Source of the DNA: Eledone cirrhosa
Taxonomy: Eukaryota
DNA: 64,000 nucleotides
Direction: 5' to 3'
Assembly: GCA_964016885.1 (NCBI GenBank)
Contig: CAXHJY010000898.1
Span: 310,001 to 374,000 of the forward strand
The notes beneath the pieces were generated by a model. It had not been told where the DNA came from, searched no databases, and saw nothing but the letters and a program-made list of their open reading frames with translations. The number at the start of each line of letters is the position of its first letter. The first letter of the stretch is position 1. This document shows positions 12,001 to 25,500 of this stretch, in pieces. Both the position numbers and the translations under genes were made by a program.

Positions 12001-15000
12001 TTAGCTTAGGATAGCTTAGCTTAGCTTAGGATAGCTTAGCTTAGCTTAGCTTAGGATAGCTTAGCTTAGGATAGCTTAGGAAAGCTTAGCTTAGCTTAGC
12101 TTAGCTTAGCTTAGCTTAGCTTAGCTTAGGATAGCTTAGCTTAGCTTAGGATAGTTTAGCTTAGCTTAGCTTAGGATAGCTTAGCTTAGCTTAGCTTAGG
12201 ATAGCTTAGCTTAGCTTAGCTTAGGATAGCTTAGCTTAGCTTAGGATAGCTTAGCTTAGCTTAGCTTAGGATAGCTTAGCTTAGCTTAGGATAGCTTAGC
12301 TTAGCTTAGCTTAGGATAGCTTAGCTTAGCTTAGCTTAGGATAGCTTAGCTTAGGATAGCTTAGCTTAGCTTAGGATAGCTTAGCTTAGCTTAGCTTAGG
12401 ATAGCTTAGCTTAGCTTAGCTTAGGATAGCTTAGCTTAGCTTAGCTTAGTATAGCTTAGCTTAGCTTAGCTTAGGATAGCTTAGCTTAGCTTAGCTTAGG
12501 ATAGCTTAGCTTAGCTTAGCTTAGGATAGCTTAGCTTAGCTTAGCTTAGGATAGCTTAGCTTAGCTTAGCTTAGGATAGCTTAGCTTAGCTTGGCTTAGG
12601 ATAGCTTAGCTTAGCTTGGCTTAGGATAGCTTAGCTTAGCTTAGCTTAGGATAGCTTAGCTTAGCTTAGCTTAGGCTTAGCTTAGGATAGCTTAGCTTAG
12701 CTTAGCTTAGCTTAGGATAGCTTAGCTTAGCTTAGCTTAGCTTAGGATAGCTTAGCTTAGCTTAGCTTAGCTTAGGATAGCTTAGCTTAGCTTAGCTTAG
12801 GATAGCTTAGCTTAGTTTAGGATAGCTTAGCTTAGCTTAGCTTAGGATAGCTTAGGATAGCTTAGCTTAGGATAGCTTAGGATAGCTTAGCTTAGGATAG
12901 CTTAGGATAGCTTAGGTTAGGATAGCTTAGCTTAGGATAGATTAGGATAGCTTAGCTTAGGATAGCTTAGGATAGCTTAGCTTAGGATAGCTTAGGATAG
13001 CTTAGCTTAGAATAGCTTAGCTTAGGATAGCTTAGGAAAGCTTAGCTTAGCTTAGCTTAGGATAGCTTAGCTTAGCTTAGCTTAGGATAGCTTAGCTTAG
13101 CTTAGCTTAGGATAGCTTAGGATAGCTTAGCTTAGGATAGCTTAGGATAGCTTAGCTTTGGAGAGCTTAGCTTAGGAGAGCTTAGCTTAGGATAGCTTAG
13201 GATAGCTTAGCTTAGGATAGCTTAGGATAGCTTAGCTTAGGATAGCTTAGCTTAGGATAGCTTAGGATAGCTTAGCTTAGCTTAGCTTAGGATAGCTTAG
13301 CTTAGCTTAGCTTAGCTTAGGATAGCTTAGCTTAGCTTAGCTTAGCTTAGGATAGCTTAGCTTAGCTTAGCTTAGGATAGCTTAGGATAGCTTAGCTTAG
13401 GATAGCTTAGGATAGCTTAGCTTAGGATAGCTTAGGATAGCTTAGCTTAGGATAGCTTAGGATAGCTTAGCTTAGGATAGCTTAGCTTAGGATAGCTTAG
13501 GATAGATTAGCTTAGGATAGCTTAGGATAGCTTAGCTTAGCTTAGCTTAGGATAGCTTAGCTTAGCTTAGCTTAGGATAGATTAGCTTAGCTTAGGATAG
13601 CTTAGCTTAGCTTAGCTTAGGAAAGCTTAGCTTAGCTTAGGATAGCTTAGCTTAGCTTAGCTTAGGATAGCTTAGGATAGCTTAGCTTAGGATAGCTTAG
13701 GATAGCTTAGCTTAGGATAGCTTAGGATAGCTTAGGTTAGGATAGCTTAGCTTAGGATAGCTTAGGATAGCTTAGCTTAGGATAGCTTAGGATAGCTTAG
13801 CTTAGGATAGCTTAGGATAGCTTAGCTTAGGATAGCTTAGCTTAGGATAGCTTAGGAAAGCTTAGCTTAGCTTAGCTTAGGATAGCTTAGCTTAGCTTAG
13901 CTTAGGATAGCTTAGCTTAGCTTAGCTTAGGATAGCTTAGGATAGCTTAGCTTAGGATAGCTTAGGATATCTTAGCTTAGGATAGCTTAGCTTAGGATAG
14001 CTTAGCTTAGGATAGCTTAGGATAGCTTAGCTTAGGATAGCTTAGGATAGCTTAGCTTAGGATAGCTTAGCTTAGGATAGCTTAGGATAGCTTAGCTTAG
14101 CTTAGCTTAGGATAGCTTAGCTTAGCTTAGCTTAGGATAGCTTAGCTTAGCTTAGCTTAGCTTAGCTTAGCTTAGCTTAGGATAGCTTAGGATAGCTTAG
14201 CTTAGGATAGCTTAGGATAGCTTAGCTTAGGATAGCTTAGCTTAGGATAGCTTAGCTTAGCTTAGCTTAGGATAGCTTAGCTTAGGATAGCTTAGGATAG
14301 CTTAGCTTAGGATAGCTTAGCTTAGGATAGCTTAGGATAGCTTAGCTTAGCTTAGCTTAGGATAGCTTAGCTTAGCTTAGCTTAGGATAGCTTAGCTTAG
14401 CTTAGGATAGCTTAGCTTAGCTTAGCTTAGGATAGCTTAGCTTAGCTTAGCTTAGGATAGCTTAGCTTAGGATAGCTTAGGATAACTTAGCTTAGCTTAG
14501 CTTAGGATAGCTTAGCTTAGCTTAGCTTAGGATAGCTTAGCTTAGCTTAGGATAGCTTAGCTTAGCTTAGCTTAGGATAGCTTAGCCTAGCTTAGCTTAG
14601 GATAGCTTAGCTTAGCTTAGCTTAGGATAGCTTAGCTTAGGATAGCTTAGGATAGCTTAGCTTAGCTTAGCTTAGGATAGCTTAGCTTAGCTTAGGATAG
14701 CTTAGCTTAGCTTAGGATAGCTTAGCTTAGCTTAGCTTAGGATAGCTTAGCTTAGCTTAGCTTAGGATAGCTTAGCTTAGGTTAGCTTGGGATAGCTTAG
14801 GATAGCTTAGGATAGCTTAGCTTAGCTTAGCTTAGCTTAGGATAGCTTAACTTAGCTTAGGATAGCTTAGCTTAGCTTAGCTTAGGATAGCTTAGCTTAG
14901 CTTAGCTTAGGATAGCTTAGCTTAGCTTAGCTTAGGATAGCTTAGCTTAGCTTAGCTTAGGATAGCTTAGCTTAGCTTAGCTTAGGATAGCTTAGCTTAG

Positions 15001-16600
15001 CTTAGCTTAGAATAGCTTAGCTTAGGATAGCTTAGCTTAGGATAGCTTAGGATAGCTTAGGCTTAGGATAGCTTAGGATAGCTTAGCTTAGGATAGCTTA
15101 GCTTAGCTTAGCTTAGGATAGCTTAGCTTAGCTTAGGATAGCTTAGCTTAGCTTAGGATAGCTTAGCTTAGGATAGCTTAGGAAAGCTTAGCTTAGCTTA
15201 GCTTAGCTTTAGCTTAGCTTAGCTTAGCTTAGGATAGCTTAGCTTAGCTTAGGATAGTTTAGCTTAGCTTAGCTTAGGATAGCTTAGCTTAGCTTAGCTT
15301 AGGATAGCTTAGCTTAGCTTAGCTTAGGATAGCTTAGCTTAGCTTAGGATAGCTTAGCTTAGCTTAGCTTAGGATAGCTTAGCTTAGCTTAGGATAGCTT
15401 AGCTTAGCTTAGCTTAGGATAGCTTAGCTTAGCTTAGCTTAGGATAGCTTAGCTTAGGATAGCTTAGCTTAGCTTAGGATAGCTTAGCTTAGCTTAGCTT
15501 AGGATAGCTTAGCTTAGCTTAGCTTAGGATAGCTTAGCTTAGCTTAGCTTAGTATAGCTTAGCTTAGCTTAGCTTAGGATAGCTTAGCTTAGCTTAGCTT
15601 AGGATAGCTTAGCTTAGCTTAGCTTAGGATAGCTTAGCTTAGCTTAGCTTAGGATAGCTTAGCTTAGCTTAGCTTAGGATAGCTTAGCTTAGCTTGGCTT
15701 AGGATAGCTTAGCTTAGCTTGGCTTAGGATAGCTTAGCTTAGCTTAGCTTAGGATAGCTTAGCTTAGCTTAGCTTAGCTTAGCTTAGCTTAGGATAGCTT
15801 AGCTTAGCTTAGCTTAGCTTAGGATAGCTTAGCTTAGCTTAGCTTAGCTTAGGATAGCTTAGCTTAGCTTAGCTTAGCTTAGCTTAGGATAGCTTAGCTT
15901 AGCTTAGCTTAGGATAGCTTAGCTTAGTTTAGGATAGCTTAGCTTAGCTTAGCTTAGGATAGCTTAGGATAGCTTAGCTTAGGATAGCTTAGGATAGCTT
16001 AGCTTAGGATAGCTTAGGATAGCTTAGGTTAGGATAGCTTAGCTTAGGATAGATTAGGATAGCTTAGCTTAGGATAGCTTAGGATAGCTTAGCTTAGGAT
16101 AGCTTAGGATAGCTTAGCTTAGAATAGCTTAGCTTAGGATAGCTTAGGAAAGCTTAGCTTAGCTTAGCTTAGGATAGCTTAGCTTAGCTTAGCTTAGGAT
16201 AGCTTAGCTTAGCTTAGCTTAGGATAGCTTAGGATAGCTTAGCTTAGGATAGCTTAGGATAGCTTAGCTTTGGATAGCTTAGCTTAGGAGAGCTTAGCTT
16301 AGGATAGCTTAGGATAGCTTAGCTTAGGATAGCTTAGGATAGCTTAGCTTAGGATAGCTTAGCTTAGGATAGCTTAGGATAGCTTAGCTTAGCTTAGCTT
16401 AGGATAGCTTAGCTTAGCTTAGCTTAGCTTAGGATAGCTTAGCTTAGCTTAGCTTAGCTTAGGATAGCTTAGCTTAGCTTAGCTTAGGATAGCTTAGGAT
16501 AGCTTAGCTTAGGATAGCTTAGGATAGCTTAGCTTAGGATAGCTTAGGATAGCTTAGCTTAGGATAGCTTAGCTTAGGATAGCTTAGCTTAGCTTAGCTT
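9050..16600 (+). repeat. ~3.1-kb higher-order unit in two copies; the first copy contains the 1420-bp duplication
   Basis: CCTAG 10060/14586 and TAACT 10322/14848 (offset 4526); TAACT 11742/14848 (3106); ATTAGG 12941/16053 (3112). Confidence 0.75.
10130..12900 (+). repeat. 1420-bp tandem duplication
   Basis: TAACT 10322/11742, TAGAA 10482/11902 and TAGTA 11027/12447 all give offset 1420. Confidence 0.85.
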
Positions 16601-19600
16601 AGGATAGCTTAGCTTAGGATAGCTTAGGATAGCTTAGCTTAGGATAGCTTAGCTTAGGATAGCTTAGGATAGCTTAGCTTAGCTTAGCTTAGGATAGCTT
16701 AGCTTAGCTTAGCTTAGGATAGCTTAGCTTAGCTTAGGATAGCTTAGCTTAGCTTAGCTTAGGATAGCTTAGCTTAGCTTAGCTTAGGATAGCTTAGCTT
16801 AGCTTAGCTTAGGATAGCTTAGCTTAGCTTAGGATAGCTCAGCTTAGCTTAGCTTAGGAAAGCTTAGCTTAGCTTAGCTTAGGATAGCTTAGCTTAGGAT
16901 AGCTTAGCTTAGGATAGCTTAGCTTAGGTTAGCTTAGCTTAGCTTAGCTTAGGATAGCTTAGGATAGCTTAGCTTAGGATAGCTTAGCTTAGCTTAGCTT
17001 AGGATAGCTTAGCTTAGCTTAGCTTAGGATAGCTTAGCTTAGCTTAGCTTAGGATAGCTTAGCTTAGGATAGCTTAGGATAGCTTAGCTTAGCTTAGCTT
17101 AGGATAGTTTAGCTTAGCTTAGCTTAGGATAGCTTAGCTTAGCTTAGGATAGCTTAGCTTAGCTTAGCTTAGGATAGCTTAGCTTAGCTTAGCTTAGGAT
17201 AGCTTAGCTTAGGTTAGCTTAGGATAGCTTAGGATAGCTTAGCTTAGGATAGCTTAGGATAGCTTAGCTTAGGATAGCTTAGCTTAGGATAGCTTAGCTT
17301 AGGTTAGCTTAGCTTAGCTTAGCTTAGGATAGCTTAGGATAGCTTAGCTTAGGATAGCTTAGCTTAGCTTAGCTTAGGATAGCTTAGCTTAGGATAGCTT
17401 AGGATAGCTTAGCTTAGGATAGCTTAGCTTAGGATAGCTTAGCTTAGGATAGCTTAGGATAGCTTAGCTTAGCTTAGCTTAGGATAGCTTAGCTTAGCTT
17501 AGCTTAGGATAGCTTAGCTTAGGTTAGCTTAGCTTAGCTTAGCTTAGGATAGCTTAGCTTAGGATAGCTTAGGATAGCTTAGCTTAGGATAGCTTAGCTT
17601 AGGATAGCTTAGGATAGCTTAGCTTAGGATAGCTTAGAATAGCTTAGCTTAGGATAGCTTAGCTTAGGATAGCTTAGGATAGCTTAGCTTAGCTTAGCTT
17701 AGGATAGCTTAGCTTAGCTTAGCTTAGGATAGCTTAGCTTAGCTTAGCTTAGGATAGCTTAGCTTAGCTTAGCTTAGGATAGCTTAGGATAGCTTAGCTT
17801 AGGATAGCTTAGGATAGCTTAGGATAGCTTAGCTTAGCTTAGCTTAGGATAGCTTAGCTTAGCTTAGCTTAGGATAGCTTAGCTTAGCTTAGCTTAGGAT
17901 AGCTTAGCTTAGCTTAGGATAGCTTAGCTTAGCTTAGCTTAGGATAGCTTAGCTTAGCTTAGCTTAGGATAGCTTAGCTTAGCTTAGGATAGCTTAGCTT
18001 AGCTTAGGATAGCTTAGCTTAGCTTAGCTTAGGATAGCTTAGCTTAGCTTAGCTTAGGATAGCTTAGCTTAGCTTAGCTTAGGATAGCTTAGCTTAGCTT
18101 AGCTTAGGATAGCTTAGCTTAGCTTAGCTTAGGATAGCTTAGCTTAGCTTAGCTTAGGATAGCTTAGCTTAGCTTAGCTTAGGATAGATTAGCTTAGCTT
18201 AGGATAGCTTAGCTTAGCTTAGCTTAGGAAAGCTTAGCTTAGCTTAGGATAGCTTAGCTTAGCTTAGCTTAGGAGAGCTTAGCTTAGCTTAGGATAGCTT
18301 AGCTTAGCTTAGCTTAGGATAGCTTAGCTTAGCTTAGCTTAGGTAGCTTAGCTTAGCTTAGCTTAGGATAGCTTAGCTTAGCTTAGCTTAGGATAGCTTA
18401 GGATAGCTTAGCTTAGGATAGCTTAGGATAGCTTACCTTAGGAGAGCTTAGCTTAGGATAGCTTAGCTTAGGATAGCTTAGGATAGCTTAGCTTAGGATA
18501 GCTTAGCTTAGGATAGCTTAGCTTAGGATAGCTTAGGATAGCTTAGCTTAGCTTAGCTTAGGATAGCTTAGCTTAGCTTAGCTTAGGATAGCTTAGCTTA
18601 GGTTAGCTTAGCTTAGCTTAGCTTAGGATAGCTTAGGATAGCTTAGCTTAGGATAGCTTAGGATAGCTTAGCTTAGGATAGCTTAGGATAGCTTAGCTTA
18701 GGATAGCTTAGCTTAGGATAGCTTAGGATTGCTTAGCTTAGGATAGCTTAGGATAGCTTAGCTTAGGATAGCTTAGCTTAGGATCGCTTAGGATAGCTTA
18801 GCTTAGCTTAGCTTAGGATAGCTTAGCTTAGCTTAGCTTAGGATAGCTTAGCTTAGCTTAGCTTAGGATAGCTTAGCTTAGCTTAGCTTAGGATAGCTTA
18901 GGATAGCTTAGCTTAGGATAGCTTAGGATAGCTTAGCTTAGGATAGCTTAGGATAGCTTAGCTTAGGATAGCTTAGCTTAGGATAGCTTAGGATAGCTTA
19001 GCTTAGGATAGCTTAGGATAGCTTAGCTTAGGATAGCTTAGCTTAGGATAGCTTAGCTTAGGATAGCTTAGGATAGCTTAGCTTAGCTTAGCTTAGGATA
19101 GCTTAGCTTAGCTTAGCTTAGGATAGCTTAGCTTAGCTTAGCTTAGGATAGCTTAGCTTAGCTTAGCCTAGGATAGCTTAGGATAGCTTAGCTTAGGATA
19201 GCTTAGGATAGCTTAGCTTAGGTTAGCTTAGGATAGCTTAGCTTAGGATAGATTAGCTTAGGATAGCTTAGCTTAGGATAGCTTAGGATAGCTTAGCTTA
19301 GGATAGCTTAGGATAGATTAGCTTAGAATAGCTTAGCTTAGGATAGCTTAGGAAAGCTTAGCTTAGCTTAGCTTAGGATAGCTTAGCTTAGCTTAGCTTA
19401 GGATAGCTTAGCTTAGCTTAGCTTAGGATAGCTTAGGATAGCTTAGCTTAGGATAGCTTAGGATAGCTTAGCTTTGGATAGCTTAGCTTAGGAGAGCTTA
19501 GCTTAGGATAGCTTAGGATAGCTTAGCTTAGGATAGCTTAGGGTAGCTTAGCTTAGGATAGCTTAGCTTAGGATAGCTTAGGATAGCTTAGCTTAGCTTA

Positions 19601-20999
19601 GCTTAGGATAGCTTAGCTTAGCTTAGCTTAGGATAGCTTAGCTTAGCTTAGCTTAGCTTAGGATAGCTTAGCTTAGCTTAGCTTAGGATAGCTTAGGATA
19701 GCTTAGCTTAGGATAGCTTAGGATAGCTTAGCTTAGGATAGCTTAGGATAGCTTAGCTTAGGATAGCTTAGGATAGCTTAGCTTAGGATAGCTTAGCTTA
19801 GGATAGCTTAGCTTAGCTTAGCTTAGGATAGCTTAGCTTAGGATAGCTTAGGATAGCTTAGCTTAGGATAGCTTAGCTTAGGATAGCTTAGGATAGCTTA
19901 GCTTAGCTTAGCTTAGGATAGCTTAGCTTAGCTTAGCTTAGGATAGCTTAGCTTAGCTTAGGATAGCTTAGCTTAGCTTAGCTTAGGATAGCTTAGCTTA
20001 GCTTAGCTTAGGATAGCTTAGCTTAGCTTAGCTTAGGATAGCTTAGCTTAGCTTAGGATAGCTCAGCTTAGCTTAGCTTAGGATAGCTTAGCTTAGGTTA
20101 GCTTAGGATAGCTTAGGATAGCTTAGGATAGCTTAGCTTAGCTTAGCTTAGGATAGCTTAGCTTAGCTTAGCTTAGGATAGCTTAGCTTAGCTTAGCTTA
20201 GGATAGCTTAGCTTAGCTTAGGATAGCTTAGCTTAGCTTAGCTTAGGATAGCTTAGCTTAGCTTAGGATAGCTTAGCTTAGCTTAGCTTAGGATAGCTTA
20301 GCTTTGCTTAGGATAGCTTAGCTTAGCTTAGCTTAGGATAGCTTAGCTTAGCTTAGCTTAGGATAGCTTAGCTTAGGTTAGCTTAGGATAGCTTAGGATA
20401 GCTTAGGATAGCTTAGCTTAGCTTAGCTTAGGATAGCTTAGCTTAGCTTAGCTTAGGATAGCTTAGCTTAGCTTAGCTTAGGATAGCTTAGCTTAGCTTA
20501 GGATAGCTTAGCTTAGCTTAGCTTAGCTTAGCTTAGGATAGCTTAGCTTAGCTTAGGATAGCTTAGCTTAGCTTAGCTTAGGATAGCTTAGCTTTGCTTA
20601 GGATAGCTTAGCTTAGCTTAGCTTAGGATAGCTTAGCTTAGCTTAGCTTAGGATAGCTTAGCTTAGCTTAGCTTAGGATAGATTAGCTTAGCTTAGGATA
20701 GCTTAGCTTAGCTTAGCTTAGGAAAGCTTAGCTTAGCTTAGGATAGCTTAGCTTAGCTTAGCTTAGGAGAGCTTAGCTTAGCTTAGGATAGCTTAGCTTA
20801 GCTTAGCTTAGGATAGCTTAGCTTAGCTTAGGTAGCTTAGCTTAGCTTAGCTTAGGATAGCTTAGCTTAGCTTAGCTTAGCTTAGGATAGCTTAGAGCTT
20901 AGCTTAGGATAGCTTAGCTTAGCTTAGCTTAGGATAGCTTAGCTTAGCTTAGCTTAGGATAGCTTAGGATAGCTTAGCTTAGGATAGCTTAGGATAGCT

Positions 21000-22520
21000 T
21001 ACCTTAGGAGAGCTTAGCTTAGGATAGCTTAGCTTAGGATAGCTTAGGATAGCTTAGCTTAGGATAGCTTAGCTTAGGATAGCTTAGCTTAGGATAGCTT
21101 AGGATAGCTTAGCTTAGCTTAGCTTAGGATAGCTTAGCCTAGCTTAGCTTAGGATAGCTTAGCTTAGGTTAGCTTAGCTTAGCTTAGCTTAGGATAGCTT
21201 AGCTTAGGATAGCTTAGGATAGCTTAGCTTAGGATAGCTTAGCTTAGGATAGCTTAGCTTAGCTTTGCTTAGGATAGCTTAGCTTAGCTTAGCTTAGGAT
21301 AGCTTAGCTTAGCTTAGCTTAGGATAGCTTAGCTTAGCTTAGCTTAGGATAGCTTAGCTTAGCTTAGCTTAGGATAGCTTAGCTTAGCTTAGCTTAGGAT
21401 AGCTTAGCTTAGCTTAGCTTAGGATCGCTTAGCTTAGCTTAGCTTAGGATAGCTTAGCTTAGCTTAGGATAGCTTAGCTTAGCTTAGCTTAGGATAGCTT
21501 AGCTTAGCTTAGGATAGCTTAGGATAGCTTAGCTTAGGAGAGCTTAGCTTAGCTTAGCTTAGGATAGCTTAGCTTAGCTTAGCTTAGGATAGCTTAGCTT
21601 AACTTAGCTTAGGATAGCTTAGCTTAGCTTAACTTAGGATAGCTTAGCTTAGCTTAGCTTAGGATAGCTTAGCTTAGCTTAGCTTAGGATAGCTTAGCTT
21701 AGCTTAGCTTAGGATAGCTTAGGATAGCTTAGCTTAGGATAGCTTAGGATAGCTTACCTTAGGAGAGCTTAGCTTAGGATAGCTTAGCTTAGGATAGCTT
21801 AGGATAGCTTAGCTTAGGATAGCTTAGCTTAGGATAGCTTAGCTTAGGATAGCTTAGGATAGCTTAGCTTAGCTTAGCTTAGGATAGCTTAGCTTAGCTT
21901 AGCTTAGGATAGCTTAGCTTAGGTTAGCTTAGCTTAGCTTAGCTTAGGATAGCTTAGCTTAGGATAGCTTAGGATAGCTTAGCTTAGGATAGCTTAGCTT
22001 AGGATAGCTTAGCTTAGCTTTGCTTAGGATAGCTTAGCTTAGCTTAGCTTAGGATAGCTTAGCTTAGCTTAGCTTAGGATAGCTTAGCTTAGCTTAGCTT
22101 AGGATAGCTTAGCTTAGCTTAGCTTAGGATAGCTTAGCTTAGCTTAGCTTAGGATAGCTTAGCTTAGCTTAGCTTAGGATCGCTTAGCTTAGCTTAGCTT
22201 AGGATAGCTTAGCTTAGCTTAGGATAGCTTAGCTTAGCTTAGCTTAGGATAGCTTAGCTTAGCTTAGGATAGCTTAGGATAGCTTAGCTTAGGAGAGCTT
22301 AGCTTAGCTTAGCTTAGGATAGCTTAGCTTAGCTTAGCTTAGGATAGCTTAGCTTAACTTAGCTTAGGATAGCTTAGCTTAGCTTAACTTAGGATAGCTT
22401 AGCTTAGCTTAGCTTAGGATAGCTTAGCTTAGCTTAGCTTAGGATAGCTTAGCTTAGCTTAGCTTAGGATAGCTTAGGATAGCTTAGCTTAGGATAGCTT
22501 AGGATAGCTTACCTTAGGAG
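21000..22520 (+). repeat. 755-bp tandem subunit, two copies
   Basis: TACCT-TAGGA-GAGCT at 21000, 21755 and 22510, each interval carrying the same CTTTGC, GATCG and two TAACT variants. Confidence 0.85.
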
Positions 22521-25500
22521 AGCTTAGCTTAGGATAGCTTAGGATAGCTTAGGATAGCTTAGCTTAGGATAGCTTAGCTTAGGATAGCTTAGGATAGCTT
22601 AGCTTAGCTTAGCTTAGGATAGCTTAGCTTAGCTTAGCTTAGGATAGCTTAGCTTAGCTTAGCTTAGGATAGCTTAGCTTAGCTTAGCTTAGGATAGCTT
22701 AGGATAGCTTAGCTTAGGATAGCTTAGGATAGCTTAGCTTAGGATAGCTTAGGATAGCTTAGCTTAGGATAGCTTAGCTTAGGATAGCTTAGCTTAGGAT
22801 AGCTTAGGATAGCTTAGCTTAGGATAGCTTAGGATAGCTTAGCTTAGGATAGCTTAGCTTAGGATAGCTTAGGATAGCTTAGCTTAACTTAGCTTAGGAT
22901 AGCTTAGCTTAGCTTAGCTTAGGATAGCTTAGCTTAGCTTAGCTTAGGATAGCTTAGCTTAGCTTAGCTTAGGATAGCTTAGGATAGCTTAGCTTAGGAT
23001 AGCTTAGGATAGCTTAGCTTAGGATAGCTTAGGATAGTTTAGCTTAGGATAGCTTAGCTTAGGATAGCTTAGGATAGCTTAGCTTAGCTTAGCTTAGGAT
23101 AGCTTAGGATAGCTTAGCTTAGGATAGCTTAGGATAGCTTAGCTTAGGATAGATTAGGATAGCTTAGCTTAGGATAGCTTAGGATAGCTTAGCTTAGGAT
23201 AGCTTAGCTTAGGATAGCTTAGCTTAGCTTAGCTTAGGATAGCTTAGCTTGGGATAGCTTAGGATAGCTTAGCTTAGGATAGCTTAGCTTAGGATAGCTT
23301 AGGATAGCTTAGCTTAGCTTAGCTTAGGATAGCTTAGCTTAGCTTAGCTTAGGATAGCTTAGCTTAGCTTAGGATAGCTTAGCTTAGCTTAGCTTAGGAT
23401 AGCTTAGCTTAGCTTAGCTTAGGATTGCTTAGCTTAGCTTAGCTTAGGATAGCTTAGCTTAGCTTAGCTTAGGATAGCTTAGCTTAGCTTAGCTTAGGAT
23501 AGCTTAGCTTAGCTTAGCTTAGAATAGCTTAGCTTAGGATAGCTTAGCTTAGGATAGCTTAGCTTAGGATAGCTTAGCTTAGGATAGCTTAGGATAGCTT
23601 AGCTTAGGATAGCTTAGGATAGCTTAGCTTAGGATAGCTTAGCTTAGCTTAGCTTAGGATAGCTTAGCTTAGCTTAGGATAGCTTAGCTTAGCTTAGCTT
23701 AGGATCGCTTAGCTTAGGATAGCTTAGGAAAGCTTAGCTTAGCTTAGCTTAGGATAGCTTAGCTTAGCTTAGCTTAGGATAGCTTAGCTTAGCTTAGGAT
23801 AGCTTAGCTTAGCTTAGGATAGCTTAGCTTAGCTTAGTTTAGGATAGCTTAGCTTAGCTTAGCTTAGGATAGCTTAGCTTGGCTTAGCTTAGGATAGCTT
23901 AGCTTAGCTTAGCTTAGGATAGCTTAGCTTAGGATAGCTTAGCTTAGCTTAGCTTAGGATAGCTTAGCTTAGCTTAGCTTAGGATAGCTTAGCTTAGGAT
24001 AGCTTAGGATAGCTTAGCTTATCTTAGCTTAGGATAGTTTAGCTTAGCTTAGCTTAGGATAGCTTAGCTTAGCTTAGGATAGCTTAGCTTAGCTTAGCTT
24101 AGGATAGCTTAGCTTAGCTTAGCTTAGGATAGCTTAGCTTAGCTTAGCTTAGCTTAGCTTAGCTTAGCTTAGGATAGCTTAGCTTAGCTTAGGATAGTTT
24201 AGCTTAGCTTAGCTTAGGATAGCTTAGCTTAGCTTAGCTTAGGATAGCTTAGCTTAGCTTAGCTTAGGATAGCTTAGCTTAGCTTAGGATAGCTTAGCTT
24301 AGCTTAGCTTAGGATAGCTTAGCTTAGCTTAGGATAGCTTAGCTTAGCTTAGCTTAGGATAGCTTAGCTTAGCTTAGCTTAGGATAGCTTAGCTTAGGAT
24401 AGCTTAGCTTAGCTTAGGATAGCTTAGCTTAGCTTAGCTTAGGATAGCTTAGCTTAGCTTAGCTTAGGATAGCTTAGCTTAGCTTAGCTTAGTATAGCTT
24501 AGCTTAGCTTAGCTTAGGATAGCTTAGCTTAGCTTAGCTTAGGATAGCTTAGCTTAGCTTAGCTTAGGATAGCTTAGCTTAGCTTAGCTTAGGATAGCTT
24601 AGCTTAGCTTAGCTTAGGATAGCTTAGCTTAGCTTGGCTTAGGATAGCTTAGCTTAGCTTGGCTTAGGATAGCTTAGCTTAGCTTAGCTTAGGATAGCTT
24701 AGCTTAGCTTAGCTTAGCTTAGCTTAGCTTAGCTTAGGATAGCTTAGCTTAGCTTAGCTTAGCTTAGGATAGCTTAGCTTAGCTTAGCTTAGCTTAGGAT
24801 AGCTTAGCTTAGCTTAGCTTAGCTTAGCTTAGGATAGCTTAGCTTAGCTTAGCTTAGGATAGCTTAGCTTAGTTTAGGATAGCTTAGCTTAGCTTAGCTT
24901 AGGATAGCTTAGGATAGCTTAGCTTAGGATAGCTTAGGATAGCTTAGCTTAGGATAGCTTAGGATAGCTTAGGTTAGGATAGCTTAGCTTAGGATAGATT
25001 AGGATAGCTTAGCTTAGGATAGCTTAGGATAGCTTAGCTTAGGATAGCTTAGGATAGCTTAGCTTAGAATAGCTTAGCTTAGGATAGCTTAGGAAAGCTT
25101 AGCTTAGCTTAGCTTAGGATAGCTTAGCTTAGCTTAGCTTAGGATAGCTTAGCTTAGCTTAGCTTAGGATAGCTTAGGATAGCTTAGCTTAGGATAGCTT
25201 AGGATAGCTTAGCTTTGGATAGCTTAGCTTAGGAGAGCTTAGCTTAGGATAGCTTAGGATAGCTTAGCTTAGGATAGCTTAGGATAGCTTAGCTTAGGAT
25301 AGCTTAGCTTAGGATAGCTTAGGATAGCTTAGCTTAGCTTAGCTTAGGATAGCTTAGCTTAGCTTAGCTTAGCTTAGGATAGCTTAGCTTAGCTTAGCTT
25401 AGCTTAGGATAGCTTAGCTTAGCTTAGCTTAGGATAGCTTAGGATAGCTTAGCTTAGGATAGCTTAGGATAGCTTAGCTTAGGATAGCTTAGGATAGCTT

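Noticed and set aside
12671-12676. TTAGGC nematode telomere hexamer (also about 15057-15062)
   Set aside because: These are isolated single-G insertions absent from the paralogs and say nothing about the taxon.
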